Source of the DNA: a virus
Taxonomy: Duplodnaviria; Caudoviricetes
Direction: 5' to 3' (one strand)
Virus record (IMG/VR): IMGVR_UViG_3300022917_000015
Location: 1-48,022 of that record
Length of the DNA stretch: 48,022 nt
Under the pieces are notes generated by a model that was not told where the DNA came from, searched no databases, and worked only from the letters and a program-made list of their open reading frames with translations. Below, in pieces: positions 27,967-36,917 of this stretch. Positions within the stretch are counted from its first letter, which is position 1, and each line of letters starts with the position of its first letter. The position numbers and the translations under genes were made by a program.

Positions 27967-28601
27967 AGTCGCAACCCTCGCGGCGCGCTCGCTTTGCGCC
28001 CGCGCTTTGCCGTCGCCTTGCGCTTGCCGGCCTTGCGCTTGGCGGCCTTGTCTTTGCGGATCGAGGCGTCGCGTTCAAAGACGATGTTCTCGAGTACGCT
28101 CGGCATCGGATACGCCGCCGGCAACGCCAGGCCGGCGATCGGCGCTGCCCGTGTGTGCTCGACGCGGCACCACCGCTGGACGTCGGCGCGAACCTGTTCG
28201 TGCCACGACTTGACTTGTTTGATCGTCGGAACCATCTCGGGAGGGCGCACGCATGCGATCAAGTATCTGAGGTCGACCGGCTCGAGCAGCGGGCCCTCGC
28301 CGTGCCGCGGCTCGCCCGTCAACGCGCTCCACGATCCCAGCGGCGGCGCCGGCTGGTCGAGCGCGAGCACGCCTTGCCTCGACTCGAATACTTTCCGAGT
28401 TCGGATCTCGCGGCGTATCTCCGCGCTCTCGAGCTCGAGCTTTTTTCTGGCGACGTTGAGCGCGCGGATCTGTTTGCGCTTGTCGCTCACCTCCGCGACG
28501 TTCTCGTCGCACTCCGCTTGCAAAGCGAGGTTCAGAGTTTTGCGTTCCTCGATCTCCTCCGGAGTGAGATCGCGTTCGTACATCCCTTGTCCGTCTGTCA
28601 C
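27963..28601 (-). CDS. Hypothetical coiled-coil protein with basic tail
   Basis: GTGA overlap with the upstream gene. Confidence 0.65.
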   Translation of the reverse strand: MTDGQGMYERDLTPEEIEERKTLNLALQAECDENVAEVSDKRKQIRALNVARKKLELESAEIRREIRTRKVFESRQGVLALDQPAPPLGSWSALTGEPRHGEGPLLEPVDLRYLIACVRPPEMVPTIKQVKSWHEQVRADVQRWCRVEHTRAAPIAGLALPAAYPMPSVLENIVFERDASIRKDKAAKRKAGKRKATAKRGRKASAPRGLRL

Positions 28602-28903
28602 TGAATGGCTCCGATCGGTTGTTGTTCCCGAGCTCGCGCGAGCTCTATCCGCGCGGCCTCGGTGAGTGTCATTGCGCGCGCGCGGCGAGCATGCCGCACG
28701 AGCATCCCCTTTGCCGCGAGGCGCGATAGATGTTCGTGGATCGCCTGCCGGCTATGCGGGCTGAGGCCGAGGGCGATCGTAAATTCCTGGTAGGTGGGAG
28801 GGAACCCGCGCTCGGCGACCGAGCGCTCGATGATCTGCAACATCTCGAGCTGCCGCGGCGACAACGGCGGGACGCCGGCGCGCGCGCCGAGTAGGCCACT
28901 CAT
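28598..28903 (-). CDS. LexA-type DNA-binding domain protein (no peptidase domain)
   Basis: LSPRQLEMLQII...RGFPPTYQE...LGL...IHEHLSRLAAKGML. Confidence 0.85.
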   Translation of the reverse strand: MSGLLGARAGVPPLSPRQLEMLQIIERSVAERGFPPTYQEFTIALGLSPHSRQAIHEHLSRLAAKGMLVRHARRARAMTLTEAARIELARAREQQPIGAIQ

Positions 28904-29037
28904 GGGACAAACTCCCAATCGTTCGAATCGTTGAGGTCGAGATCCTCGACGGCCTCCGCCTCGCCCTCGGGCCCGAGCTCGGCGCGCTCGAGCAGCGCGA
29001 GGGCCGCGCCCTCGCCGGCGGGCTCGTTCTCGGTCAC
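28900..29037 (-). CDS. Small acidic hypothetical protein
   Basis: 4-nt stop/start overlaps on both sides. Confidence 0.5.
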   Translation of the reverse strand: MTENEPAGEGAALALLERAELGPEGEAEAVEDLDLNDSNDWEFVP

Positions 29038-29915
29038 GCGGCGCCCCCGATCGCCGCCTGCCGCTGCTCGGCCGCGGTCATGAGCAGCGCCCCGAGGCGG
29101 GCCCGTAGGTCGTCCGGGCTGAGGCCCGCGGTGCTCGGATCGTCCGCGAGCTCGACGAGCAACGGCGCCACATCGACGCCATGCTCGAGGGCAAATTCGC
29201 GGTGAGCCGGGCACACCTCGACGGGGCGCCCGAGCTCGCTGCCTCGCCCGCGGGGATCTCGGATCGTGCTTGTCAGACTTCGAAGAGATTTTTTAGATGG
29301 GTTGGGGAGGGTTGGGCTGGGATGCGCGCTCGCCCGCGTAGGCGCGGGCACGGGCGCGCCCTCGTGCGGGCGCTCGCCCGCGAGGCCGTCCCGTGGGACC
29401 GTCTCGCCGGTGTCACGCGAAATGTCACACCCGTCACGTGTGACATGTCCCGCGGTGTCACGTGTGACATGTCCCGCGGCGTCCCCGCCGGCGGTGAGCT
29501 CGGCCGATAGGCGCCGGACGGCGGCGAGCTCCAGGCGCTTGCGCTCGCGCTCGTCCTGTTTCCGGAGCCGGGCCTTCTGCCGCCGTAGCTCGATCTCCTC
29601 GGGCGCTGCCGAGTGATCGAGATAGTCGTGCAGTTTCCACCCGCCCTCCGCCGGCTCGACGAGGCCCGTGCCGCGCTGCCCCCCGGGCAGCAGCCGGCCG
29701 CACTCGATCAACGCCTGGAGCGGCTTGCGCCGCGCAGCGCGAGGCGCTCCAGGCAATGCGTCGAGCTCCTCGTCGGGAACAAACCCCTCGGTGTCGGGAT
29801 GTAGCGAGCAATAGCGTTTCATTGCCAGCCACATCGCGATCACGTCGTTGCCGCCGAGCTTCACCGCTCGGCACCACTTCTCGCCCCCGACAAATTCCTC
29901 TTTGATGAGGATCAT
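29034..29915 (-). CDS. Putative replication initiator (N-terminal wHTH, iteron-containing linker)
   Basis: TEGFVP...LIECG...GGWKLHDYLDH...RRQKARLRK pattern of phage replisome organisers; GGAGG RBS; internal DNA repeats. Confidence 0.7.
   Translation of the reverse strand: MILIKEEFVGGEKWCRAVKLGGNDVIAMWLAMKRYCSLHPDTEGFVPDEELDALPGAPRAARRKPLQALIECGRLLPGGQRGTGLVEPAEGGWKLHDYLDHSAAPEEIELRRQKARLRKQDERERKRLELAAVRRLSAELTAGGDAAGHVTRDTAGHVTRDGCDISRDTGETVPRDGLAGERPHEGAPVPAPTRASAHPSPTLPNPSKKSLRSLTSTIRDPRGRGSELGRPVEVCPAHREFALEHGVDVAPLLVELADDPSTAGLSPDDLRARLGALLMTAAEQRQAAIGGAA
29409..29479. repeat. Iteron-like repeats (gtcacgtgtgacatgtcccgcgg x2 plus TGTCAC partial copies); candidate replication origin
   Basis: Copies at 29433-29455 and 29457-29479, inside the initiator gene. 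Confidence 0.7.
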
Positions 29916-29968
29916 TTCGTGCTGCCTCCTTTGCCCGTTGCCTTCCCTTGCACGGGCGACTCGAATCG

Positions 29969-30325
29969 TTAGCCCGTTGCGGTGATGCGTTCCGGCAAGT
30001 GCTCGGCGCAGAACGCGATCGCGTAGCGCGTGGCTTTCTCGCGCCCGAGCTCGGCCTTCATCGGACCGAGGAGCGGATCGCGTTTCATGCGATCAATGAT
30101 CTTCCCGAGGTTCGCGAGGTCGATTGAATCGAGCTGCACTTGCATGCTCTGCCGCGGGCGCTCCGGAGGCGGGGGATCGACGCAAATGGGTTCGGATGGT
30201 TCGGCTGGCTTGGTTCGTTTGCTCACTGTCGTTCTGCTCCTTACGAGCCGCGCGATGGTACGCGCGGCCGCTTTCAATTCACGCCGATCCATGCGCACGA
30301 GCGCCCGGTGCTCGCCCGCGCTCAC
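29969..30325 (-). CDS. Hypothetical protein (possible RHH-like C-terminus)
   Basis: GTGA overlap. Confidence 0.55.
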   Translation of the reverse strand: MSAGEHRALVRMDRRELKAAARTIARLVRSRTTVSKRTKPAEPSEPICVDPPPPERPRQSMQVQLDSIDLANLGKIIDRMKRDPLLGPMKAELGREKATRYAIAFCAEHLPERITATG

Positions 30326-30486
30326 TCGGCCTCTCGTTCTCGGGGCGCCGGCGCCGGCGGCGTGGGATCGGCGAGCCCGAGCTTGCCGAGGTGCCACTCG
30401 CATACGCGCTCGCCCGAGGGCATGGGCACGTGTAGCGTCCTGCATTTGCAGCGCTCGCAATAGTCGACCGATGCCACGGTGATCAC
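30322..30486 (-). CDS. Small Cys/His zinc-ribbon-like protein
   Basis: CERCK...H...C; overlaps on both sides. Confidence 0.5.
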   Translation of the reverse strand: MITVASVDYCERCKCRTLHVPMPSGERVCEWHLGKLGLADPTPPAPAPREREAE

Positions 30487-30884
30487 AACGGCGCCTCGCC
30501 TTGCCATTCGCGGAGCGCCGCCGTTTCCGCAGGGTCGTCCACTGGAGGCGGGCAACCCCACGCGCAACGCCAATCGCTCTCGCCGCTATCGCTGCCGTCG
30601 CTCAGTAGCCGGCACGGGGCGCGCCGGCGGCAGAGCTCGCACTCCCCGAGGTCGTCCGCGACATGCTCGAACACCAGGGCGGCGACGGCCTCGGGCAGGC
30701 GCGCGAGCAAATGCGCGACCTCGGGGGGCGGCAGGCCGTGCCGTGTCCACTCCCGCGCCGGGCCTCGCGGCAGCCCCTCGAGCTCGCGCAACGCCCAGGC
30801 CTTGATCAGCTCGTCGGCGCTCATCGCGCGTAGTCGAGCCGGCAACGCCCGGCAGGCCCCGATCAGTTCCTCGTCGCTCATCAT
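30483..30884 (-). CDS. Hypothetical protein with CxxC/CxxGC motifs
   Basis: ATGA overlap. Confidence 0.55.
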   Translation of the reverse strand: MMSDEELIGACRALPARLRAMSADELIKAWALRELEGLPRGPAREWTRHGLPPPEVAHLLARLPEAVAALVFEHVADDLGECELCRRRAPCRLLSDGSDSGESDWRCAWGCPPPVDDPAETAALREWQGEAPL

Positions 30885-31384
30885 GCCCCCTCCGGAGGCG
30901 CCGCCGGCGGCGAGGCCTCGAACCATTCGGGCCGCTCGACGCGCAAGATCTCGATCGTCTCGTCGGGCGAGAGCAGCACGCTATTTGTCACCTCGACGAG
31001 CCGCACGACCGCCTCGGCGACGAGCGCGCGAACCGCGGCCTCGAACGCGGGGCGGCGTTTGGCGAGCACCTCGACGGTAAACATTGCGCGGTCGCCGTCC
31101 GGATCGCCGAGGCCGCTGTCATCGTCGAGCGCCTCGCGAGCTCGGTCGATGGCGCGATCGGTCGCCTCCTCGATGTGCTCCTCGGTGATCGTCGCGCGCC
31201 GAAAGCCCTCGCACGTGATCGCCCCCATCTCGCGGATCACCTCATCGGTGGGGCGCCCCGGCTCGAGGTGACTTTCGACGATGGCCTCGAGGGCGCTGAT
31301 CGGATCGAGGTGTGTGAGGCGCTCGGCATCCGAGCAATCCCAGAATTCCGCGGCGATCCCATTGAACTTGTCTCGTGCCGTCAC
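30881..31384 (-). CDS. Hypothetical acidic protein
   Basis: GGAG RBS; GTGA overlap. Confidence 0.6.
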   Translation of the reverse strand: MTARDKFNGIAAEFWDCSDAERLTHLDPISALEAIVESHLEPGRPTDEVIREMGAITCEGFRRATITEEHIEEATDRAIDRAREALDDDSGLGDPDGDRAMFTVEVLAKRRPAFEAAVRALVAEAVVRLVEVTNSVLLSPDETIEILRVERPEWFEASPPAAPPEGA

Positions 31385-31899
31385 TTGAGTTTCTCCGGTT
31401 TGAATGTGTGTTGCCATTGCCTGCCGCCGGGCCATGTGACGGGCCGCAGGTTGCGAGGTAAGTAGAGCGGGTGCTCCGGGTTCCCTTTGCCGGTGAGGCG
31501 CAGGACGTGGATCGTAACGCCCGCCTGCCGTAGCAGCGTGCGCAGCGCGAACGCATCACGCTCACGAATGTTGTTGCCCCACGCGGCGACGAACAACGCC
31601 GCGGCGCTCGCGCAACGGACGACCGTCGCGTGATTGCCGGGCCCGATCGGTTCGTCCGCGCCGAGCATCGCCTTTGGATCGGTACTGCGCCAAGCGTACG
31701 CATTGACTTTCACCAGGCGCCCGAAACCCCAATCGCGCGCGAACCCGAGCTCGCGCCGGATCGTCGGATCGTCTTTCGTCGCGTCGGCGGTGCTCGGATT
31801 GAGGCCGCAGAAAACGACGGTCGGCCGGGTCGGGTCCCATTCCCGCCAAAGGGCGAAGCGATACAGGCCGCAGGGCGAGAACGTCGCGCCGTTGATCAT
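31381..31899 (-). CDS. DUF1643 family protein
   Basis: ATFSPCGLYRFALWREWD...GLNPSTADATKDDPTIRR...AAWG...HPLY. Confidence 0.9.
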   Translation of the reverse strand: MINGATFSPCGLYRFALWREWDPTRPTVVFCGLNPSTADATKDDPTIRRELGFARDWGFGRLVKVNAYAWRSTDPKAMLGADEPIGPGNHATVVRCASAAALFVAAWGNNIRERDAFALRTLLRQAGVTIHVLRLTGKGNPEHPLYLPRNLRPVTWPGGRQWQHTFKPEKLK

Positions 31900-32387
31900 T
31901 GGTGCGCCTCCGCGCTGCCGAGGCCGCGCAGCGCATGGATCGGGCAGGGGTTGCCGTGCTGCGCCCAGAATTCGCACCCTCGGCACGGCTCATCGGTGGG
32001 GTTTGTCCAGCGATAGCCGTCCGGCTCGACGTGTGTTGTCTCGCTCGTCTTGCACTCGCACTCGACGCGATGCGCGGGATCGACGGGGCGAAAGTAGTGG
32101 CGGGCGTGCCCGGGGTGATGGTTGTCCTCTTCCCATCCGACGATCCCAAACGCTCGCTGCGCGCGCGCGAGCTCGGCTGGCTTGGGGCGCTTGCCGAACC
32201 GCGAAACGGAGACATACCATTGCGGCCCGACGCCGCTGCCGTCTGGTAGGTCGGCATTGATCAACGATGAGACGACGCTAAGGCGCCCGTCGGTCCACAT
32301 ACTCTGAGAGATCACGCCCGAGGTCCAAGCGCTCGACGGTACGCGCATCGTGCGCCAGGCGTGCCCGCGTGGCTGCGGTTCTCTCAT
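31896..32387 (-). CDS. Hypothetical phage protein (W.VSVS..GKRP motif; Cys-rich tail)
   Basis: ATGA overlaps. Confidence 0.6.
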   Translation of the reverse strand: MREPQPRGHAWRTMRVPSSAWTSGVISQSMWTDGRLSVVSSLINADLPDGSGVGPQWYVSVSRFGKRPKPAELARAQRAFGIVGWEEDNHHPGHARHYFRPVDPAHRVECECKTSETTHVEPDGYRWTNPTDEPCRGCEFWAQHGNPCPIHALRGLGSAEAHQ

Positions 32388-32482
32388 TTGCGAACCCCGC
32401 AGCGGGCGCAGCGAGCCGGCGCATAGAGGATCGAAACCCACCACTTGTGGAAGCCGAGCCGGCAAAGCAGTCGACCGATCAT
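32384..32482 (-). CDS. DUF1660-like micro-protein
   Basis: LLCRLGFHKW...CARCG; ATGA overlaps on both sides. Confidence 0.6.
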   Translation of the reverse strand: MIGRLLCRLGFHKWWVSILYAPARCARCGVRK

Positions 32483-32886
32483 GCTTGCCTCGCTTTCTGC
32501 TCCGCGATCGCGGCCTTCAACCCCGCCCCACGCTCGGCGGGATAGTTGAGCCACTTGAAAAACCGACTGTCGCTCAGGTGCGCGATCCCCCACCGCTCGA
32601 TCCCTTTGCTCTTGGCAAAGAGCGATTGCTTGACGGTGTCCGGCGAGTCACCCCACGACGGCAGCAATAGCATCCCATCGCAACGCGAGAGCAGCAGCGT
32701 ACAACCCTCGCGCCAGAAAGCATCGGGCACCACTCCAGACAGGACGCGCCCGAGCGAGTGAGGCACGACCGGCATGCCCCCGAGCTTGGCGACGCGCATC
32801 GCGACGGCCTCGGCATGATGCGCGTCGCAAGCGATATCCCAGGCGTGCGTGCCGCTGAACTTGCCGGCGATGAAAACCAGTTTCAC
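32479..32886 (-). CDS. DUF4406/nucleoside deoxyribosyltransferase-like Rossmann protein
   Basis: VFIAGKFSG...PH...LSRCDGMLLLPSWGDS. Confidence 0.7.
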   Translation of the reverse strand: MKLVFIAGKFSGTHAWDIACDAHHAEAVAMRVAKLGGMPVVPHSLGRVLSGVVPDAFWREGCTLLLSRCDGMLLLPSWGDSPDTVKQSLFAKSKGIERWGIAHLSDSRFFKWLNYPAERGAGLKAAIAEQKARQA

Positions 32887-33512
32887 GGCGTCGCCTCGGC
32901 GCGCTCGGCGAGCGCCTGGCGATACGCATCATTTATCCGGGCCATGGTGGCCGAGTCCCCGCCCTTGTCCGGATGATGTTCTGCCGCGAGCGTGCGGTAG
33001 ATCCCGCGAATGTAACGGGCATCCGCGTCGCGAGACACCCCGAGCACCTCCCACCATGCCTGGGCGCCGGCCGTCTCGGGCAGGCGCGCGAACCCCTCGA
33101 ACGCGCGATCCTGGATCTCGCCGGCGCCGCAGCGCTTGAGTCCGCGGATATAGTCGATCGCCATGCCGAGGGCGCGGACGTTCTCGCGGACCGTGTACCA
33201 GTGATCACACGGGATCTCCTTCGGAGCGGCCTTGCCCGTCTTTGGATCGCGCATCGTCCAATACACGGCGACGCCCGGATCAGATATCCGCTGCTCGGCA
33301 TGGTCGCCGCGATACATCGTGCCGTCGCGACGGATCGGCACGTTGCTCGAGACGATGATATCGCGGCCGCCGAGCTGCCGAATGCTACCGAGCAGCTCCT
33401 CGAGCGCGACGTCGGTCGTCACCTTGTAGGGGCTGCTCGCGCGATGTTTCGTGCGCGCCCACCCGGAGGGCCAGCACAGCGGGAACGCTTTGATCGCTTC
33501 GTTGTCTTTCAT
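32883..33512 (-). CDS. Phage J-domain (DnaJ-like) protein
   Basis: PLCWPSGWART, SSNVP.RRDG, DPGVAVYW; C-terminal WWEVLGV...HHPDKGG...INDAY. Confidence 0.88.
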   Translation of the reverse strand: MKDNEAIKAFPLCWPSGWARTKHRASSPYKVTTDVALEELLGSIRQLGGRDIIVSSNVPIRRDGTMYRGDHAEQRISDPGVAVYWTMRDPKTGKAAPKEIPCDHWYTVRENVRALGMAIDYIRGLKRCGAGEIQDRAFEGFARLPETAGAQAWWEVLGVSRDADARYIRGIYRTLAAEHHPDKGGDSATMARINDAYRQALAERAEATP

Positions 33513-33769
33513 AGATCCCCGTCGTCCTCGCTGATGTAGTCGTAGGGCAGCGCCGCCGGCGCCGGCGGCGAGCTATCGGCGATGCCGCATTCGCAGGCGG
33601 ACACGCCGCACCGATCGGTGTGCTGGCTGTGGCCGCAGGCGCCGCAGCTCGGCCCGAGCAAGCTCGGATCGTCGTCGATGAAAAATACCGCGCCGATCGC
33701 GGCGATGGGTATCGCGACGAGGGCCCCGAGGGCCGCGCGTCGCTGTAGAAACTTCCCTGTTTCTGTCAT
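33509..33769 (-). CDS. Small TM protein with Cys/His cluster
   Basis: GGAG RBS; TM segment, then C.CGH...H...C....C.C. Confidence 0.55.
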   Translation of the reverse strand: MTETGKFLQRRAALGALVAIPIAAIGAVFFIDDDPSLLGPSCGACGHSQHTDRCGVSACECGIADSSPPAPAALPYDYISEDDGDL

Positions 33770-33809
33770 GTCTGCTCCGTTCAAACCGGCGAGAGCTCGC
33801 CCCTTCGGA

Positions 33810-34130
33810 TCACGCTCGCCGTCGGTACCTCGCGAACCCCTCGGGCTCGCCCTTCCCATCCCAGCCGATCGCGGCACGCCATGCGGCATCACCGTCGGCA
33901 AAGTCGTAAACGTCCTCACCGTCACGCATCCAGCCGCCGAGGAGCGGGCGCCAACGGCGCGCGACTAGGGTGAAAATCCTAGCCCCGGCGAGCTTGGCTC
34001 GCACGAGATAGAGCTCGCCGCCACGGGGCAGCTTGCGCGTCGCGAGGCACGAGGCACCGCAGCGCACCCGATCCTCGGCCTCCCACGCGAGCTTGATGAT
34101 CTCGCCGTCGGTCACCGCGCGTTGTCCCAC
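33810..34130 (-). CDS. Hypothetical protein, paralog of 44820..45170
   Basis: Shared DAAWRAAIGWDG.GEPEG motif. Confidence 0.65.
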   Translation of the reverse strand: MGQRAVTDGEIIKLAWEAEDRVRCGASCLATRKLPRGGELYLVRAKLAGARIFTLVARRWRPLLGGWMRDGEDVYDFADGDAAWRAAIGWDGKGEPEGFARYRRRA

Positions 34131-34501
34131 TAGACGGCTCCCTCGTCGGTCAGCGGCGTGGCCTCCCAATGGGCGCCCGCATAGTCGATGCCGCCCGGTT
34201 GCAGAGCGAGCAACGCGATCCCCATGGCGAGTGAGTTCAGAATCGCCCCGTCGCCGGAGGGTGAGCCATTGGCGAAGCTCGCGGGTCCGTTGCCGTGCCT
34301 ACCGCGGAGCTCGTCGCACTTCTCTCCCCCTGCAATGACCCCGGAGGCGTCGTGGGCGCGCGCGCAGCGCTGCTCTGTTGTCCACTGCCGGGCGTGTGCA
34401 ATCCAGAGCGGGACGAGCGTCCGCAGCGAGAGAAGGAGCAGCTCGCGCCGCTGCGCCTCGGTGTCGATGCCCTGCACCTGGGCGTGCATCTCGGGCGTCA
34501 T
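34130..34501 (-). CDS. Hypothetical protein, paralog of the C-terminal domain of 35235..35918
   Basis: VP.W...RAH...N.LA.G.A..A..PGG...AG..WE. Confidence 0.65.
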   Translation of the reverse strand: MTPEMHAQVQGIDTEAQRRELLLLSLRTLVPLWIAHARQWTTEQRCARAHDASGVIAGGEKCDELRGRHGNGPASFANGSPSGDGAILNSLAMGIALLALQPGGIDYAGAHWEATPLTDEGAV

Positions 34502-35235
34502 AGGTCGCACGGAGCGCTCGGGGCAGGCCCGTGTTGCAGGATACGCACCGCGTTAGAAAACAGCTTGGGGCTCTTGGCTCCGCGCGTTGCCATCTTCACC
34601 GAGGCGCCGAGCCGGCGGAGCTCGCCGTAGCGTTGACGGCGGTCGTGGCGATGTTTCGCCTTCCAATCGGACAGAATGATCGTGTTGCTCGGGCGCATCT
34701 CACCATCGGGGTCGACGACCTGGCGCAGCTTGTCGTTGGCGGCAGCGGCGAGTTGCACGACTCGCGTGCGAGTGACCCCAAACTCCGGAGCGAGCTTGTG
34801 GGACGGCTCGTCCAATTGTCGCTGAGAGTACCAGGCCACGGCTTCACGCAACGGCATCGACAGCAGCGCGCGTTTTATGTCGATGAGCAGCGCCAGATCA
34901 GGGGTCGGCACGATCCGGTGCCACTCATGCAAACCGGTAAGTTGCGGGGGGTCGCCAAGGCGCCGCCGGCGCGCATAGCCGAGTGGGGAGCGTTTCCCAG
35001 AGCTGTCAGCCCATGCGTTCTGGCCCCACTCGAGCGCGGCCGCGTGCATCGCGTGCTTCACGGACACGAACACGAGGAGCCGCGATGCCGACTCCGCGCC
35101 CTGTAGATAGCGCGTCGCGTGAAGCCAGCCCGCCTGCACCAAATCACAGAGCTCGATTGTGTTGCTGCTCGGCAGTCCGCGGCGCACGATGCGAGCCGCG
35201 TCGCTGATCGGTCGAGCGAAGTCGTCCACGTTCAT
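34498..35235 (-). CDS. FliA/WhiG-like sigma-70 family factor
   Basis: RGLPSSNTIELCDLVQAGW (region 2); ALLSMPLRE...LAPEFGVTRTRVVQL...KLR (region 4). Confidence 0.7.
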   Translation of the reverse strand: MNVDDFARPISDAARIVRRGLPSSNTIELCDLVQAGWLHATRYLQGAESASRLLVFVSVKHAMHAAALEWGQNAWADSSGKRSPLGYARRRRLGDPPQLTGLHEWHRIVPTPDLALLIDIKRALLSMPLREAVAWYSQRQLDEPSHKLAPEFGVTRTRVVQLAAAANDKLRQVVDPDGEMRPSNTIILSDWKAKHRHDRRQRYGELRRLGASVKMATRGAKSPKLFSNAVRILQHGPAPSAPCDL

Positions 35236-35918
35236 CAACCGGCCTCCGCGATGTAGGTCGCCGCGGCGGTCTCCAGGTTCGCGCACGGCGCCGTATCCCA
35301 GTAGTTCGGATCATCCACCGGGTACCGCGCGCAAAACATGCCGTTCGTCACGCGCAGTTCAGTCGCGGACACCTCCCAACGCATCCCCGCAGCCGTCGCT
35401 CCACCGGGACAATAAGCGCCGATCGCCAGGCCCTCCGCGATCGCGTTGAACACTTCGGCGATATCGCCCTCGCGCGCGGTGCCGATAGCGTCGCGATCGG
35501 CGATGGCCGCGGCGGCTTGCGCGTAGGCAAGCACCTCGCCGAGCTCGTGAGCGCGGCGCTCGCGTTCCTTCGGGTCCGTCGGGTAGTGGCGCGTTGCCCA
35601 GCGCGGCACCGCATCGAGCAGCATCGGCAGAAACCACTGGCCGCCGAGCCCCTGCCATTCGCTCGCCGAGCGCTCCAGCGCCATGGCCTCGATATCCGCA
35701 TCCGTCTTGCCGGCCCAGAATGCTTCTCGCTCCGCTCGCCGGCGTGCTTCCCGACGCGCAACGAACGCCTCCAGGGTCTCCAGCGCCGGCTCGGAAAGAC
35801 TTCGTTGCTGCGCTTTCGCCGCCCGGCGCGCCTTGCGATTGTGGGTACCGCCGGCTTGCTTTCCCACCGGTCGCGCCTTGCGGATCCGGACCTCGCCCCG
35901 TCGTCCACCGCCGCTCAT
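35235..35918 (-). CDS. Hypothetical protein, paralog of 34130..34501
   Basis: Shared motif; TGATG overlaps. Confidence 0.65.
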   Translation of the reverse strand: MSGGGRRGEVRIRKARPVGKQAGGTHNRKARRAAKAQQRSLSEPALETLEAFVARREARRRAEREAFWAGKTDADIEAMALERSASEWQGLGGQWFLPMLLDAVPRWATRHYPTDPKERERRAHELGEVLAYAQAAAAIADRDAIGTAREGDIAEVFNAIAEGLAIGAYCPGGATAAGMRWEVSATELRVTNGMFCARYPVDDPNYWDTAPCANLETAAATYIAEAG

Positions 35919-36373
35919 CAGAAACGCTCCGAAAATTCGAGCTGGCATTCCTCGCACAGCCCACCGTTCGAGGACGGCCACACCGGGCCCTCGCCGCAAT
36001 CGTCGCAGAGCGACGCGCGCGCGTCGCAATGCTTGCACGCGATGAAGGGCTCGCCGCCCTCCGGACACTCGGGCATCGACGTGATCCAGTGGTGCGCCTG
36101 CCCCGCGCACTCGAGGCAGCGCCGGCAGCCCGTCACCGGCGCCGGCGCCGGCTCAACCGATGAGCAGTGCTCGGGCACGGTGAGGATCCACGTTGCGCGA
36201 CATTCGTTGTCCGCTGGGAACGGGCAGCGCTCGTGCCGCGCGTCGAGGCGCACCCATGCCAGCGCTCGACGAAAGCACTCGCGCGCGACGTTGCCCCATG
36301 CGCCGACGGGCGCGCCGGCCTCGTCGCTCACCACGTAGACACGCTGCCCTAGCTTGAGTCGCGAGACGCTCAC
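35918..36373 (-). CDS. Hypothetical Cys-rich (zinc-finger-like) protein
   Basis: Multiple CxxC; GTGA overlap. Confidence 0.6.
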   Translation of the reverse strand: MSVSRLKLGQRVYVVSDEAGAPVGAWGNVARECFRRALAWVRLDARHERCPFPADNECRATWILTVPEHCSSVEPAPAPVTGCRRCLECAGQAHHWITSMPECPEGGEPFIACKHCDARASLCDDCGEGPVWPSSNGGLCEECQLEFSERF

Positions 36374-36789
36374 CGGTGCACCTCAGCATCGGGCACGAGG
36401 AACCGCAGCAGCTCGCCTCGCTCATTCAGATCCATGCCGCACCCGAGGCAGCAGCGATCCTCGTCGCTGCGGGTGACGTTGCGCTCCTCGCACGTGATGC
36501 ACACCCATTCCTCGGGTGCGGCGCCGACGCCGGAGACCTCTGCCCGCGCGAGCGCCTCGGTGACTCGCGGGCTCAACGCGCGGCATAGCGTCTCGGGGAA
36601 ACCGAGCGCCCGCTTGATCGCGTTGCCCCCCTGTGCGGCCTGGGCGCTATCGGTCAGCGAGGCGCCCCACGTGACAACGTGCGTCGTGCCGTCCGGCGAC
36701 CAGCCGACGAGGATGGCTTGCGTAAGCCCGAGCTCGGTCGCGAAACGCTCGAGCTGCTCGGGCAGAATGATGATCGGCTCGCCGCTCAT
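36370..36789 (-). CDS. Hypothetical protein with C-terminal CxxC..CxxC
   Basis: ATGA overlap. Confidence 0.6.
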   Translation of the reverse strand: MSGEPIIILPEQLERFATELGLTQAILVGWSPDGTTHVVTWGASLTDSAQAAQGGNAIKRALGFPETLCRALSPRVTEALARAEVSGVGAAPEEWVCITCEERNVTRSDEDRCCLGCGMDLNERGELLRFLVPDAEVHR

Positions 36790-36917
36790 GGCACCCACCC
36801 GATCGAGACGTGCCGGCGCAAGTAAGAATAGCCGCGCTCGCATCCGATGCCGAGCAACGCGCCGCCCAGGGCGACGAGCGCGAGGAACGCGAGCCACTGT
36901 CGACCGCTTCCGAACAT
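36786..36917 (-). CDS. 43-aa membrane or lipoprotein-like peptide (not in ORF track)
   Basis: MFGSGRQWLAFLALVALGGALLGIGCERG...; TGATG and ATGA overlaps. Confidence 0.55.
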   Translation of the reverse strand: MFGSGRQWLAFLALVALGGALLGIGCERGYSYLRRHVSIGWVP

